From the NCBI RefSeq assembly GCF_001194135.2, contig NC_068983.1:14228306-14292305 (forward strand): a DNA stretch of 64,000 nucleotides, given 5' to 3'. The notes below the pieces were generated by a model. It ran no database searches and had not been told where the DNA came from. It saw only the letters and a list, made by a program, of their open reading frames with translations. Each line of letters opens with the position of its first letter. The first letter of the stretch is position 1. Source of the DNA: Octopus bimaculoides. Lineage: Eukaryota. Made by a program: the position numbers and the translations under genes. Of the stretch, positions 37,800 to 51,007 are shown one piece after another.

Positions 37800-38025
37800 T
37801 AATTTCTTTATTGCCCACAGGGGGCTAAACATAGAGGGGACAAACAAGGAGCGACAAAGGGATTATGTCGATTACATCGACACAAGTGCGTAACTGGTAC
37901 TTATTCAATCGACCTCGAAAAGGATGAAAAGCAAAGTCAACCTCGGCGGAATTTGAACTCAGAACGTAGTGGCAGACGAAATACCGCTCAATATTTCGTC
38001 CGGCGTGCTAACGATTCTGCCAGCT
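37800..38025 (-). mobile_element. SINE family A (GCCCC..GTGGGCAATAAAG tail variant)
   Basis: High similarity to 27059-27290. Confidence 0.85.
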
Positions 38026-38137
38026 TTGATTTTGCATATTTGAAAAAGTGACAGAGATGCATGTAATTCGTATGAAATATCTACAAACCGAGAATCAAAA
38101 CTAGGTGTCGGGCCTGATCAATAGGAAGGGGTTGTTA

Positions 38138-38784
38138 CACGAGGAGTTGCCGAAGAGTTCCTGGCTTTAAGGGTCTCTCGAAAGGCCTGGTTGGAGGCCG
38201 AATATTCCGAGTTCTTTTACAGACTGAAAGCCTGAAGGACCGCTGCAATAAGTGTGTGAATCTTAGAGGAGGGTATACTCTTTTACTCTTTTACTCTTTT
38301 ACTCTTTTATCTGTTTCAGTCATTTGACTGTGGCCATGCTGGAGCACCGCCTTTAGTCGAGCAAATCGACCCCAGAACTTATTCTTTGGAAGCCTAGTAC
38401 TTATTCTATCGGTCTCTTTTGCCGAACCGCTAAGTTACGGGGACGTAAACACACCAGTATCGGTTGTCAAGCGTTGTTGGGGGGACAACCACAGAAACAC
38501 AAACACACAGACATATATGTATACATATACATATATACGACGGGCTTCTTTCAGTTTCCGTCTACCAAATCCACTCACAAGGCTTTGGTCGACTCGAGAC
38601 CATAGTAGAAGACACTAGCCTAAGGTGCTACGCAGTAGGAATGAACCCAGAACCGTGTGGTTGGTAAGCAAGCTACTTACCACACAGTCACTCCTGCGCC
38701 TATATGTTGAATAAAATTATAATTAACCGATCCTCTTGTATTTTCTTTTACCCATAGTCAGAAACATTTCAGCACCCCATCATA
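38138..38784 (+). mobile_element. Mariner-derived MITE interrupted by a family B SINE
   Basis: Left part 38138-38276 (CGAGG..AGTTCCTGGCTTT; encodes KDRCNKCVNLRGG, like mariner RWxKCVxxxGEYVE*); right part 38703-38784 matches the 3' half of 18230-18424. Confidence 0.75.
38277..38702 (-). mobile_element. SINE family B, full length, (GAGTAAAA)n tail
   Basis: Highly similar to 13714-14137; TTTTACTC repeated 3-4 times at the 3' end. Confidence 0.9.
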
Positions 38785-38949
38785 ATTTTTTCAATTGTGG
38801 TCAAGCAAACTTATGGCAAAAAGAAAGAACATTACCTCCATGGTTATCCAGTTTTATCTTTTCTTGTTCTATTTAAGATGCAGTCGATTTAGAATTCTTC
38901 AAAGTTTTCTATCTTTTTGTATGACGATATTATCTGTTATCTTTGCTTT

Positions 38950-39531
38950 TACTCTTTTACTAGTTTCAGTATATGGACCGTGGCCATACTGGGGCACCGC
39001 TTTGAAGAGTTTAGTTGAACAAATCTCCTCGGTACTTGTTAAGTCGGTTATTTATTTTATCGACATCTATTGCCTAACCGCTAGCGTACGGGGACGTAGA
39101 CAAACACAAACACACAGATACGCATACATACATATATATGTGCGACGGGCTTCCACACAGTTTCCTTGATTCAGTCATGTGACTCCGGCCACGATGCAGC
39201 ACCGATATTAGTCGAAACAGTAGACTCCAGGATTTATTCTTTTAAAGCCTAGTACTTATTCTACTGGTATGTTTTGCCAAACGGCTAAGCTACGGGGACA
39301 TAGACTCAGCAACATCGGTTGTCAAGTGATGGTGGGGGTACAAAGACACAGGTAGATAGCCACACACACACAGACACACACATATATACATATACATGTA
39401 TACTCACAAAAGCATTGGTCGGTCCAGGGCTACAGGAGAGGGCACTTACCTTAGGTGCCAGGCAGTTAAACTGAACTCGAAATCACGTGGTTGCAAACTG
39501 GGCTTTTCACCTACACAGACATGCCTGTGCC
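38950..39531 (-). mobile_element. Two tandem diverged family B SINEs (38950-39165 truncated, 39166-39531)
   Basis: Family B tail, CCGCTA/GGGGAC block and CGACGGGCTT block repeated. Confidence 0.7.
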
Positions 39532-39624
39532 TCTAGATAAGTGCCTTACCAAAATGTCCTACATTTTTAAGACGTTCGAATGAGTATAAAGGATTCTCTC
39601 CCCCTCTCTCTGTCTTTGTCTCTA

Positions 39625-39657
<33 letters not shown>

Positions 39658-40389
39658 TTCTCTCACTGTTTCTCCGAATCCTTGATTCGATTAAAGAGAA
39701 GTTACCTTGTTAGCTAAGGCGCTCAAACGACGTAGAACCCCGATTACCTAAATGCTAGTAGTAAACGTGTGAATTCTTCGTTGAGAACTTTTGACTGAAA
39801 ACAAAACTGAAAATTTAATCAAAAGGATATAATTCCCAGTAGTTTTCTGTCATATTTCTCATTTCAACATGATTAACCGTGACATTATAAACATAGCTAA
39901 ACTCAAAACAATATATCAAAGCTTTATTTTTGGCTTTTAAAACAATAACAACACAGAAGACAAAGTTTAAAAAAAAAATGAGCGAGAGAGATGCAAACAG
40001 CAAACAAAAGGCATTTTCATTACAAAACAACAAAATAAAAAACAAAGAAAATCCCCAAACAAATCAAAAACCAACAATATAAAAATAAAAAAAAATTTAA
40101 AAGCTAACGTAAAAGGAACAAAAGCATTCCTTTCTTGCAGGCAGTTATATGAATAAACAGTCAGCAGGAAATCTAATATGTGAAGCCATTGGAAATTCTT
40201 AGAATTCATTTGGAATTGATGTTTGCATTTCATCCCATGTTTATCAGAAAATTTTGTTTACATCTAATTTAAAAGGCAGACACCAAATAAATGTAAGTTT
40301 ACTAGTAGTTGTTCGTCATCTTGTTGTTGTTGTTGTTGATGTGATGCTGGTTTTCATTGTTACCGCTGTTGCATTGGTGATTTATTTAT

Positions 40390-40580
40390 ACTCCACGTCC
40401 GACACCACCACCACCAATACCACCACAACTACCAACACTTCCACACATCCGCCGCCGCTGCCGCCACAAGAGCCACCTCGAACACCACTGCCGCACGTCG
40501 CCGCCGCCGCCGCCGCCGTCGTCAGTGCCGACGATGGCGGCCGCCACCACCTTCACCACGACGACACTGCAAACCGTTCG
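40390..40580. other. GC/CpG-rich trinucleotide island (CAC, CCG, GAC repeats); possible exon, strand unresolved
   Basis: Abrupt GC/CpG enrichment in AT-rich surroundings; all three plus frames are open across it; flanked by long A-rich tracts. Confidence 0.45.
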
Positions 40581-41187
40581 TTTAGTAAATCGCCCCCAAA
40601 CAAAAAAAAAACAAAAAAACCCAAAAAAACCAAAACAAAAGAAAAAGAAAATACGTGATTGTAGTAAAGGAAATATCTTGCTCGACAAATTTTAAGAGGA
40701 GAAATGAATTAAATAAAAATAATTATGTTTACTAGAAGATAAATCTGATTTACGTCTTCACGTGCTGATGTGTGTATGTGTGCGTGCGCGCTTATGCCTA
40801 TATACACACGCACACACAAATATATACATACGTATGTATATATACACATATACGATATGTATACTACATATATATATGTATATATGCATATATATATATA
40901 AATGAAGGTGGTAATTTTATTTAAATATATAAGTATATATATAATATATGCACAGGCATATATATATATATATATATAGATATACAGACGCACAAACACT
41001 TATACATATGTATGTTTAAGTATAGAGTAATATACATGTGCAAATATACATATATACATACATACGCACAGACACACCTGTGCTTTGCTTACGTAGCAAA
41101 TGAACAAACAGGCACGCGCGCACACACATACACTCACACATATATGTATAAGTATGTATGTATATATGTGAGTTTATATATATGTGA

Positions 41188-41222
<35 letters not shown>

Positions 41223-42222
41223 GTACAAGCTCTAGGTTTACAATTGTAATTATAAATTATTCACATATGTTGTATACTAACACAAAGCCAGGATATGTAT
41301 ATATGTGTGCCATGTATCGTGATCTGTCTATCTATCTATCTATCTATCTACTCATGTATGTATAAATCGATCTGTCTATCTACCTATTTATATGCGTGTC
41401 TATAAATCTGTGCATATATAGTTGTGCTTATGTATTTGTGTTTGCGTGTGTGTATTTGTGTATAAATATTTATAAACACTTACAAACGCACAATCACTCA
41501 GACACACACACACACACACCACACACACACTCACACACTCACACATATATCTATAGATATCCACACACACACATAGACACATATAAACACTTGTTTATTT
41601 ATAAAAACGCTTTGTAGATATTAATGTTTATATCATAGGAATAGAAATATATATTGGTTTTTCAATTAAACTTAGATCATCAAGATAATACATTAATCAT
41701 TATTATCTTGCTACATTGAATTTTGAAAAGTGAGAAAATATATATTTTGCGTCAAAATCTTGTTTTAGTTTACATGTTATCAGTTTTCTCTTTTTTAGAA
41801 GTCCCCCTTATCTTTTATTACTTGGCTACTAATCGTTCGACCCATATTCTGAAGAACTAACCTATCTACTAAATAACATTTCAAACCGTCGCGGGTGTTC
41901 TCTTCATAGCCATTTTTACTGCTAAAAATGACAACTAAGTACCCACCATCTACATGTCAACCGTGGAAGAAAGGGAGTATAATATTTTGGGACATAAACC
42001 TGTTTGCCCGGGACTGCTCTTTGTTTTTCGATATTGAAAAAGAATCCATTTATACATAGCAACCAGGGAAGATAAAATTGCGTAGATGATTAGAGATTCT
42101 TGGTTATTCCCTCCAATACTACTAATTTCATTGCCTTGATACTCCAAGTGTTATAACAAAAATTCTGCCTTCTGTTTATGGTTGTAATATGTCAATCCTT
42201 ACTTTAAGTGAATTCGAAGTAT

Positions 42223-42602
42223 GTATTGTATTGGCACTCCGTCGCTTACGACGTCGAGGGTTCCAATAGATCCGATCAACGGAACAGCCTGCTCGTGAAA
42301 TTAACGTGCAAGTGGCTGAGCACTCCACAGACGCGTGTACCTTTAACGTAGTTCTCTGGGGATATTCAGCGTGACACAGAGTTAGACAAGGCTGACCCCT
42401 TTGAATTTCAGGCACAACAGAAACAGGAAGTAAGAGTGAGAGAAAGTTGTGGTGAAAGAGTACAGCAGGGTTTGCCACCATCCCCTGCCGGAGCCTCGTG
42501 GAGCTTTAGGTGTTTTCGCTCAATAAACACTCACAACGCCTGGTCTGGGAATCGAAACCGCGAGTCCGCTGCCCTAACCACTGGGCCATTGCGCCTCCGA
42601 AC
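42223..42602 (-). mobile_element. SINE family C, full length, 9-bp TSD
   Basis: TCGAAGTAT at 42214-42222 and 42603-42611; head GGAGGCGCAATGGCCCAGTGGTTAGGGCAGC..GGTTTCGATTCCC; near-identical to 57904-58286. Confidence 0.9.
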
Positions 42603-42641
42603 TCGAAGTATAAGACGAAGGCATGCACACCACAATCTGTG

Positions 42642-42875
42642 TCACTCTCTCTTCCCTGACAGCCAGAACCAGTGACAAAGCGGGCTTATGTAACTGAAGA
42701 AATGAAGTATGATGACATGACGACCAATGTATTGCGCCGGGTTCTCATAAGCTTGTCCCACAGCGACGTTGTTGGATATTGTCATTCTGTTTCTTGAAAC
42801 TTGACCGATGATGCTTGGGATTTCTCTCGCATAATCAGTGGGAAATTCAGTTTCTTCGTTCGTAGTGTGACAAAT
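42642..42875 (-). CDS. Candidate coding exon, product unknown
   Basis: TTCTTTCAG| acceptor, then 77 open codons: ICHTTNEETEFPTDYAREIPSIIGQVSRNRMTISNNVAVGQAYENPAQYIGRH...; the other two frames close early; no strong donor. Confidence 0.25.
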   Translation of the reverse strand: MCHTTNEETEFPTDYAREIPSIIGQVSRNRMTISNNVAVGQAYENPAQYIGRHVIILHFFSYISPLCHWFWLSGKRE

Positions 42876-43809
42876 CTGAAAGAATTTTCACCCAACATTT
42901 AAAACTCATCGGGGAGGTTCAACCTTATTCAGCTGGCCTGCAAATGCCGTTGTCACTAAATTCTACCGAATGCAAACGCTTCCTAATCCACACATGCGAA
43001 CTGGGTGCCAGATGGGGTCTAGTACAGATCAGCAATTCTGAAAAAAAGGAATCGCCAGCATTCTTCCTAAAGGTATTGCTCCTCCCCAACATTCTATATC
43101 TATTTCGATTAGGGTTACCTGACGTTAAACAACGAAATACAATTTTTGGGTGGGTGAAGGTTGGGAGCGAGAGACATAGGAAAAGCAAACACTTGTTTCT
43201 CAGACCTCAGATATTGGGGCTGAATTATGTATTACTACTTGTGTTTCGGGACATAAATCAATTTGATCAGGGCCATAGCAGCTGTAGTAAACACCTGGGA
43301 AAATTTGTAAAGGCCTTTTATTCTGATTGGACGAAATACTAGAATGATGTTACTTCAGAGCCAATAACAATAGAACATATTCTAAATGTCATGAGATAGT
43401 GCATTGCATATATTTCGAGCTTTCACGTATTGCGGATTTCCTTTAGTTGTCTAATGGGTTAAGCATAAAGGATAAATCATTGTTGTCTTCTAATGGTGGT
43501 TTGGCAATTAAATTAAAGGAATTATGCATTCTGACAGCTTATATAGGAAATAATTTTGACATTCCTTTAATATTCCATGAAGGCTAGCTGAAATCCAGTG
43601 CATGTTTTCATAACTAAGTAATATCATGGCTCATTAAACACATCTAAACCCGGAAAGTAGTGGCATTATTTAGTATATCTCGTCAAAGTTACCTTTGCAA
43701 ATCTAAAGCCTTTAGAGAATTATTTGAAACATTCTTTCCTATTAAAATTCCGAAATAGCTAACCTTACTAAATTTCCCTAACACATAATCCTTTCTATTA
43801 TAGACACAA

Positions 43810-43950
43810 TGCCGGCAATATTGGTTGGGAGGGATCTAGTCAGTTACATCGACCCCAGTTCTCAAGTGGTGCTCATTTCATCGAGTGTGAAAAGATGAAA
43901 GGCTAAGTCGACCTCGGCAGTAATTTAAACTCGAATCGTAATGCCGGAAG
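43810..43950 (-). mobile_element. SINE family A fragment
   Basis: ATCGACCCCAGTTCTCAAGTGGT..GATGAAAGGCTAAGTCGACCTCGGC. Confidence 0.65.
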
Positions 43951-44087
43951 AACTGATATATTCAGGCCAAAGTTCTGTAGTTACAATGTTTCAATTGGTA
44001 CGACAATTTCTGGAAACATATGTGAAAATATAAAATTGGAAATCAGTTATCCGAATATTTCGATGCTCACAAATGAAGATATACATA

Positions 44088-44584
44088 CAGGGTATCCATA
44101 AAATCACGGTGCAATGGTAAGCTTGAATAATTAGAAGTGATAGAAAGTACGGTTTTTCAATAAGATGATACACTTTGTCACTTTGCTTTGTAAGCTAGGC
44201 AGTTTCTAATGATAAATTCCCTAACAGATGGATTGGGAGAGGTAGACCATTATTTTGGCCTCCATGTTTACCAGATTTGACTCCATTGGATTTCTTTTTT
44301 GGGGGATATGTGAAAAGTATCGTTTATTCAACTAAGCTTCGATCTTTAGAAGACTTGAAAGCAAGGATAACTGATGTGATTAAAGCTGTTACTAAAAAAT
44401 AATCTGAAAAACGTTTCCCGAGAACTACAGAACGTCTTTCTCTTTGTATTAGTGTTGACACTTTGAGATGAATAAAAAAATTAGGCCATTCTTCTTTCTT
44501 ATCCCCTTTACAGGCTAATTCTAGCATGTATAGTTAGGAAGATACAAGTATTTCAAATTTCATCATGACTTAATTGACACCCTG
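44088..44584 (+). mobile_element. Internally deleted rosa/Tc3-like (Tc1/mariner) transposon with TA TSD
   Basis: TA-CAGGGT..ACCCTG-TA termini; RQFLNDKFPNRWIGRGRPLFWPPCLPDLTPLDFF/WGYVKSIVYSTKLRSLEDLKARI matches the WIGR..WPPRSPDLTPLDFFLWGYVK motif. Confidence 0.88.
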
Positions 44585-45080
44585 TACACACACACACAAA
44601 GTACATTGATATACGAGTATAAACTATCTGGTTAGTTTACTACATACATTTATAATAGGTATATATAAATATATAACATAGAATTCATTGAAATTCTGCC
44701 ACGAATAAAAAAAAGAAAATAACGCAGACAGTAATCGTTTAGCAATTTATTTAAAAGTTTGTTGACAACCGATTAAAAATTTGTAATAAATGACTAAGTA
44801 TTGAATGTTATCATTATAGAGATCTTAAAGTTAGTAATTTATTTGTTTAATAATTTCTAATTTAGATACCTAGCGAGCAATTTGCTTGGAGGGCACTAGT
44901 CAATTAAATCGACATCAAAATTGGTACTTATACTTATTTTATAGATTCGTTGAAGAAAAAAGTTGGTCACGGAATGATTTGAACTGAGAATGCAGAGGGA
45001 TGCAAGTGGATACTACGTGGTATTTTCTTCGGCGCTCTAATAATTCTTTAAAATCATTGGCTTCGGGGACTATAGAAAAT

Positions 45081-45278
45081 GTTGTTGGCACTCCGTCACT
45101 TACGACGTCGAGGGTTCCAGTTGATCCGATCAACGGAACAGCCTGCTCGTGAAATTAACGTGCAAGTGGCTGAGCACTCCACAGACACGTGTACCCTTAA
45201 TGTAGTTCTCGGGGATATTCAGCGTGACACAGTGTGACAAGGCTGGCCCTTTGAATTGAAGGGCCATTGCGCCTCCAC
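45081..45278 (-). mobile_element. SINE family C with a large internal deletion
   Basis: The first about 20 nt of the head (GTGGAGGCGCAATGGCCC) join directly to the 3' about 175 nt; flanked by imperfect CTATA(G)AAAAT. Confidence 0.85.
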
Positions 45279-46120
45279 CTATAAAAATAATAAAAAAGAT
45301 TAAAATTTATATAGGAAATAGTAGAATTATTTTCTGGATGAGCTTACTCGAATGTGCTCGATTCGATTGCACTACACGCCACGGTCCCACGTAACGTTCG
45401 AGAGGTCAGCAACAGTATAACGTGCTGGGTTTTTTTGTTGAATCATCGGCTCGTGTATGTCTCAGTTGGGGTTTCCATTAGAGTGTATCACGAATGAGTT
45501 TTGTTTTTGGCTTAGTTCATTCTTGGATCTTATATACAATACGTAAATATGAAAAATATGAAAGAACAATGTACAAATATATATGGGAAATATAAAGTTA
45601 GTGCAGCAGTTATAGTGCTGTGGTGGGTTTATCATATAAGATTATGGAGTTGTAGAAGTTTGGGGTTAGCTTTTAATCATCATTATTCGTTAAATACTTA
45701 AGTTACTTTTTGTCGTAAACAAACTCCCATTGACATAGCATTTTGTATCAGCATAATAACACACTAACAACAACACATATATACATCTGTAGCCATAATG
45801 ATTTATAACCGTAATGCATTGGCATTCTAGTTACTGATTCCCTTCGTCAACAATAAATTATGCTTGTAATTCTTTGCTTACAACAACCAGAAATTCTAAT
45901 CTTCGAAACTTCAGAATCTATAAAACGAAGCAAGCGATTTCTGACGAACCGAATAAGAAATAAAACTAGTCAGTTCGATTCTCGACAGTTAATGTCGAAG
46001 TTTGTGTGGCCTATCTACAGATTCTATTTTTACAGCGAGACTATATATTTTACTAAACATATTGTATATGTCTACATATTTGTTCGTAATCATTTTGTTT
46101 TAGTATTCACACACAAATGT

Positions 46121-46154
<34 letters not shown>

Positions 46155-46167
46155 NNNNNNNNNNNNN

Positions 46168-46207
<40 letters not shown>

Positions 46208-46370
46208 TGTGTGTGTGTGTGTGTGTACGCACACGTAGAAAAGTAGCTCCAGACAAAATCAATGACGACTTGGCACATACATCATACTTTCTCTGATTGT
46301 CTTAGCTGTCCATGCTTAGACCTACCACACTTGACTAAGCGAAGTATCAAGGATGTGTCTGAGAAGAAGA

Positions 46371-46421
<51 letters not shown>

Positions 46422-46600
46422 GGAGATAAAGAGATAGACATAGAGCTGTATTAGCCCATGAAGTCTACTTTCTTTGTAGACCCGAAAAGCTGAAATGCAA
46501 AGTTGACTTCAGCTGGATTAGAACATATAGCATCGTGAGTCAGAACAAATATATCTTTCTGCATATCATCCGAGCCTCCAACGACTTTATCAATCGACTA

Positions 46601-46672
<72 letters not shown>

Positions 46673-46823
46673 GTGTGTCTGTCTGTCTGTTCATGGATGT
46701 GTGAGTGATAGTGTTAGTGAATATGTCAGCCTGTAGATTTAATTAGAGAATTTCTCGGTGACGAAGTGTGTTTTACGTGTCGGAGTATATTAATTGCTCG
46801 CTATTCAACGTTCTCTTTATATT

Positions 46824-47032
46824 CTATGTTTTTACATCATTGTTCGCTTTGTAAGCATTGAAAAAGAAATGTGATGTTTTGTAAGTATTGAATATGTGAC
46901 ACTCTTGAAGTGCAAGTCCAGATGTTGACCTGGCAGCAAAGCCATATATGTTCTCATCGATTTTCTGATTTCTTAGCTTATTAAATCTGCCTGTCACAAC
47001 GGAATCGTACATATGTCTGTAGGGTTTTCTAC
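46824..47032 (-). CDS. Candidate open exon/ORF, unassigned
   Basis: CTTCATCTTCACGTTAG| then 69 codons: GRKPYRHMYDSVVTGRFNKLRNQKIDENIYGFAARSTSGLALQECHIFNTYKTSHFFFNAYKANNDVKT*. Non-repetitive composition. Confidence 0.2.
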
Positions 47033-50000
47033 CTAACGTGAAGATGAAGCGTATCTATTTTCTAAATCGAGCCATAATTGCCCCGGCAGTATTTATTTGG
47101 CTTAACGTTACTTGTCTCCATTTATTTGTTTTATGTCTCATCTTTTTCCCTTTTAACGCACGATCTAGGAATGTCATTTAAGTAAATCTTATCCATACTT
47201 TAGTCTCGTGAAATAATGCACCAGGAATTGCCCTGACATCTGTCTGTTTGTTTGCCTGTCTATCTATCTTTCATTAAATATATATGTATAAGTATATATG
47301 TATAATATATATGCAGAGAGACAGAGAGAGAGAGAAAGGAAGAGAAAGGGTGAGAAAAAGAAAGAGAAGTGGGAGAGAGTGCACTGTCCTGTATTATCTA
47401 AATATCACCAATAATATATTTGTTAATTATTCGACTAAGAATCTTTAATTAATATCACTATAGATAACTTTTCTCACACGACTCAAACTCTATCTGTCCA
47501 TTTCATCCCCACTCCATCTTCACCTACACACACACACACATACAATTGTATATCATGTGTGTGTGTGTGTGTGTATGTGTGCGTATGTATGTGTGTGTGT
47601 ATGTGGGTGGGTGCGTGTGATGAAACTGGGAGAAGAAAAAATTCAATAGCTTCCCTAGAGAGTTGATAATATTTATTTTAATAGAGAAGATAGATATTAA
47701 TTTTTGGTTATCTATGTCCTAAAAACAACGTTCTTCAAATGGACGTGCCTCGAGTGAATGTTACTCGTCCGCGTACACATGCATATAAAATACATGCAAA
47801 CACACATAAACATGCAATCATTCATACATGCATACACACTCACACAACAATTTGACCACAGTTTCTTTTGAGTTTTATGCCCCTCCCCCACCCTATGATT
47901 TGGTCTCCTGCAAAAATGAACTATCATGAAGCATTTGTATGAATATTGCAACACAAATGGATGTATTGCAATTTCAATCCTTTCAGATTAGACAGCTGTT
48001 ACAAGGAACTAGTAATTCCAATTTAAGTGACTTACAGTTACAAGCCATTGTAGTCATTGCAGTGTTTACAGAATGCAAGCTTTTTGCAGCTTATGGTGAC
48101 TCATAATTTGACTTCCGTTATATTATCAGAATCTCTATTTCGAATGTATATCTTCATAAAACTACGCTTAAAAGAGTTTCCTTCATTGCTGAATATCCGA
48201 AGAATTAAATCATTTCTGTCCAGCCTCATTAAACTATGAAACTTGTCTATATTTTTTCTTTTTATTCTTGTAGCTCGAAGAAATGTAATTCAAATATATG
48301 AAAAAAGACAAAAATCAATCTACATAACTTTTTAATCATTAATTATTTGGTATAGGCCATTTATAAACATTTGCATTTGAATGATGTATTTCTACAAACT
48401 TATTTATGTATCTTGCTCTGTTATCAATGTTGACGCTTTGAAACATTTTCTCTTCCTGTATTAGTTTCTTGTACAAATCGGCATTAATGTCTATTCTACA
48501 AACACTTCTGTTTCATATATATATAAATAAATGCAGCCACTTTTAATTTAAGCTCGTCTGTATTTTTATATAAATTCCTGTAATAACTATCGCACTACTA
48601 CGACTATATGCGAAAAAGTGTGAACTTTAGAAGTACATTTATACAGAAATACATTTACATAGACAAACCTAATATGTGTTTCTTGTTTCTATGCAACAAT
48701 CCAACGTTATTTTTTTATACAAATGTTCACTGCACACAAAATTTTAGTTAAAACTTACAATAGTACATTGTAGCTTACATGCATACACATACATATATAC
48801 ATACACGCACACAGACAAAACATATATATAAATATAAGCATATACATACACTCAAACAAACACATATACATACATGCACACCTATTTACGTATAACTAGA
48901 AGAGTGGAACAAATGCAGTTCTAAGGTAAAACACGTTTGTATTAATTTCTGCTGAGACTGGGTTGGTAATTTCGTATGTAACCTGAATCAGACAGATGGT
49001 ATAGTATGATAAGATTATCTAGACATGATATCAAATTTTACATAGTGTTCAACTTTATCTGCTGCATAGTGTAAAAATATATCTGGGCTTAATTTTTGTT
49101 TAGTTGTTATTAAGCTTACTGAAAATACTTACACGGTTTACACACACACACCCATATATGATGTAAATATTCATACATATGCAGACAAGCACACAAGTAT
49201 ATATATATATATATATATATATATTTACACTGCATATACTCACACACAGACACACACACACGCATATATATATGCATGTATATGTGTGTGTGTAAACATA
49301 TGCATTGATATATATATATTTATAATTTTGTATATATTTTAAAATGCTAATAAATATACATTAATGTTGAGTTAAAATTTGCCTAGGAAGATTTTAACTC
49401 AACACAGAGCTTATAAAGTCAAGATAAACTTCACTGCATCGCAATTTCACGATGGTTTAACTGGGCGAAACATCGAAACATCAAAGTCACTGTCAATAAT
49501 ACACTTGTTTAAGAATAATGAATTTGTACTCTNNNNNNNNNNNNNNNNNNNNNNNNNNNNNNNNNNNNNNNNNNNNNNNNNNNNNNNNNNNNNNNNNNNN
49601 NNNNNNNNNNNNNNNNNNNNNNNNNNNNNNNNNNNNNNNNNNNNNNNNNNNNNNNNNNNNNNNNNNNNNNNNNNNNNNNNNNNNNNNNNNNNNNNNNNNN
49701 NNNNNNNNNNNNNNNNNNNNNNNNNNNNNNNNNNNNNNNNNNNNNNNNNNNNNNNNNNNNNNNNNNNNNNNNNNNNNNNNNNNNNNNNNNNNNNNNNNNN
49801 NNNNNNNNNNNNNNNNNNNNNNNNNNNNNNNNNNNNNNNNNNNNNNNNNNNNNNNNNNNNNNNNNNNNNNNNNNNNNNNNNNNNNNNNNNNNNNNNNNNN
49901 NNNNNNNNNNNNNNNNNNNNNNNNNNNNNNNNNNNNNNNNNNNNNNNNNNNNNNNNNNNNNNNNNNNNNNNNNNNNNNNNNNNNNNNNNNNNNNNNNNNN

Positions 50001-50578
50001 NNNNNNNNNNNNNNNNNNNNNNNNNNNNNNNNNNNNNNNNNNNNNNNNNNNNNNNNNNNNNNNNNNNNNNNNNNNNNNNNNNNNNNNNNNNNNNNNNNNN
50101 NNNNNNNNNNNNNNNNNNNNNNNNNNNNNNNNNNNNNNNNNNNNNNNNNNNCTCTCTCTCTCCCTCTCTCTCTCCTTCTCCCCGCCTCTCTCTCTCTCTC
50201 TATATATATATATACATATATATATATGTATATATATATATGTATGTATGTATGTATGCTGTAAGTAATAATATTTTCTTGCGCTTGAGACTCAAACACA
50301 CACCTCTTTGTTTTCGAGAAAAAAATGTTACCATTACTCTAGCGCTCAACCGGCTTCAGTGCGTCAGATTTAAGAACTATAATTAGTTCGTAGTGTTGTT
50401 TTTGTAAACAAACTTACATGTGCTTTTACTGAGATGGTTTTTGTTAAGCAGCGTCGATTTTTACAATTCTGTAAATAATAATGATAGTGTTTTATTAGCT
50501 TAGTGCTTATAAGCGATCCGAAGCTGCTTAACAAAAACCAGCGCAGTAATATATACATATATATATACGCAATCACAT

Positions 50579-50950
50579 ACTAGCAATGCACCCCGGCGTT
50601 GCTTGGGTGTTATGACCTACAAGCACATTGTATTATTTGCTCCTTTCTTATGGTCAGAATCGGCACAGCTGATATAGAGTTAATGGAATAATGGAAGTTA
50701 TTGTTTATTTAAAAGTGAAGGGGGAGGGTACAATTTGCATGGGTTTGCATGAAAGAAGCATCAGAAACTGTGTATTATTTCATCGTATGAAAAGGCAGTT
50801 AATTCAATTTTGTCCAGAAACCACGTTTTAAAATTTTTTTATTTCCCCCTATCCCGACTGCAATTTCTTAACTTGTAACTTTTTACGAATTTTTATTTTC
50901 TGTTATCTACATAGGAAAATACAGAGATAACGAATCTGGGAAATATATAT
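50579..50950 (+). mobile_element. Possible Helitron/Helentron-like non-autonomous element, 5' part
   Basis: Begins ACTAG followed by the subterminal hairpin-like CCCCGGCGTTGCTTGGG, then runs into TA/GA microsatellite and a gap; the right end is not defined. Confidence 0.35.
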
Positions 50951-50958
50951 ATATATAT

Positions 50959-51007
<49 letters not shown>

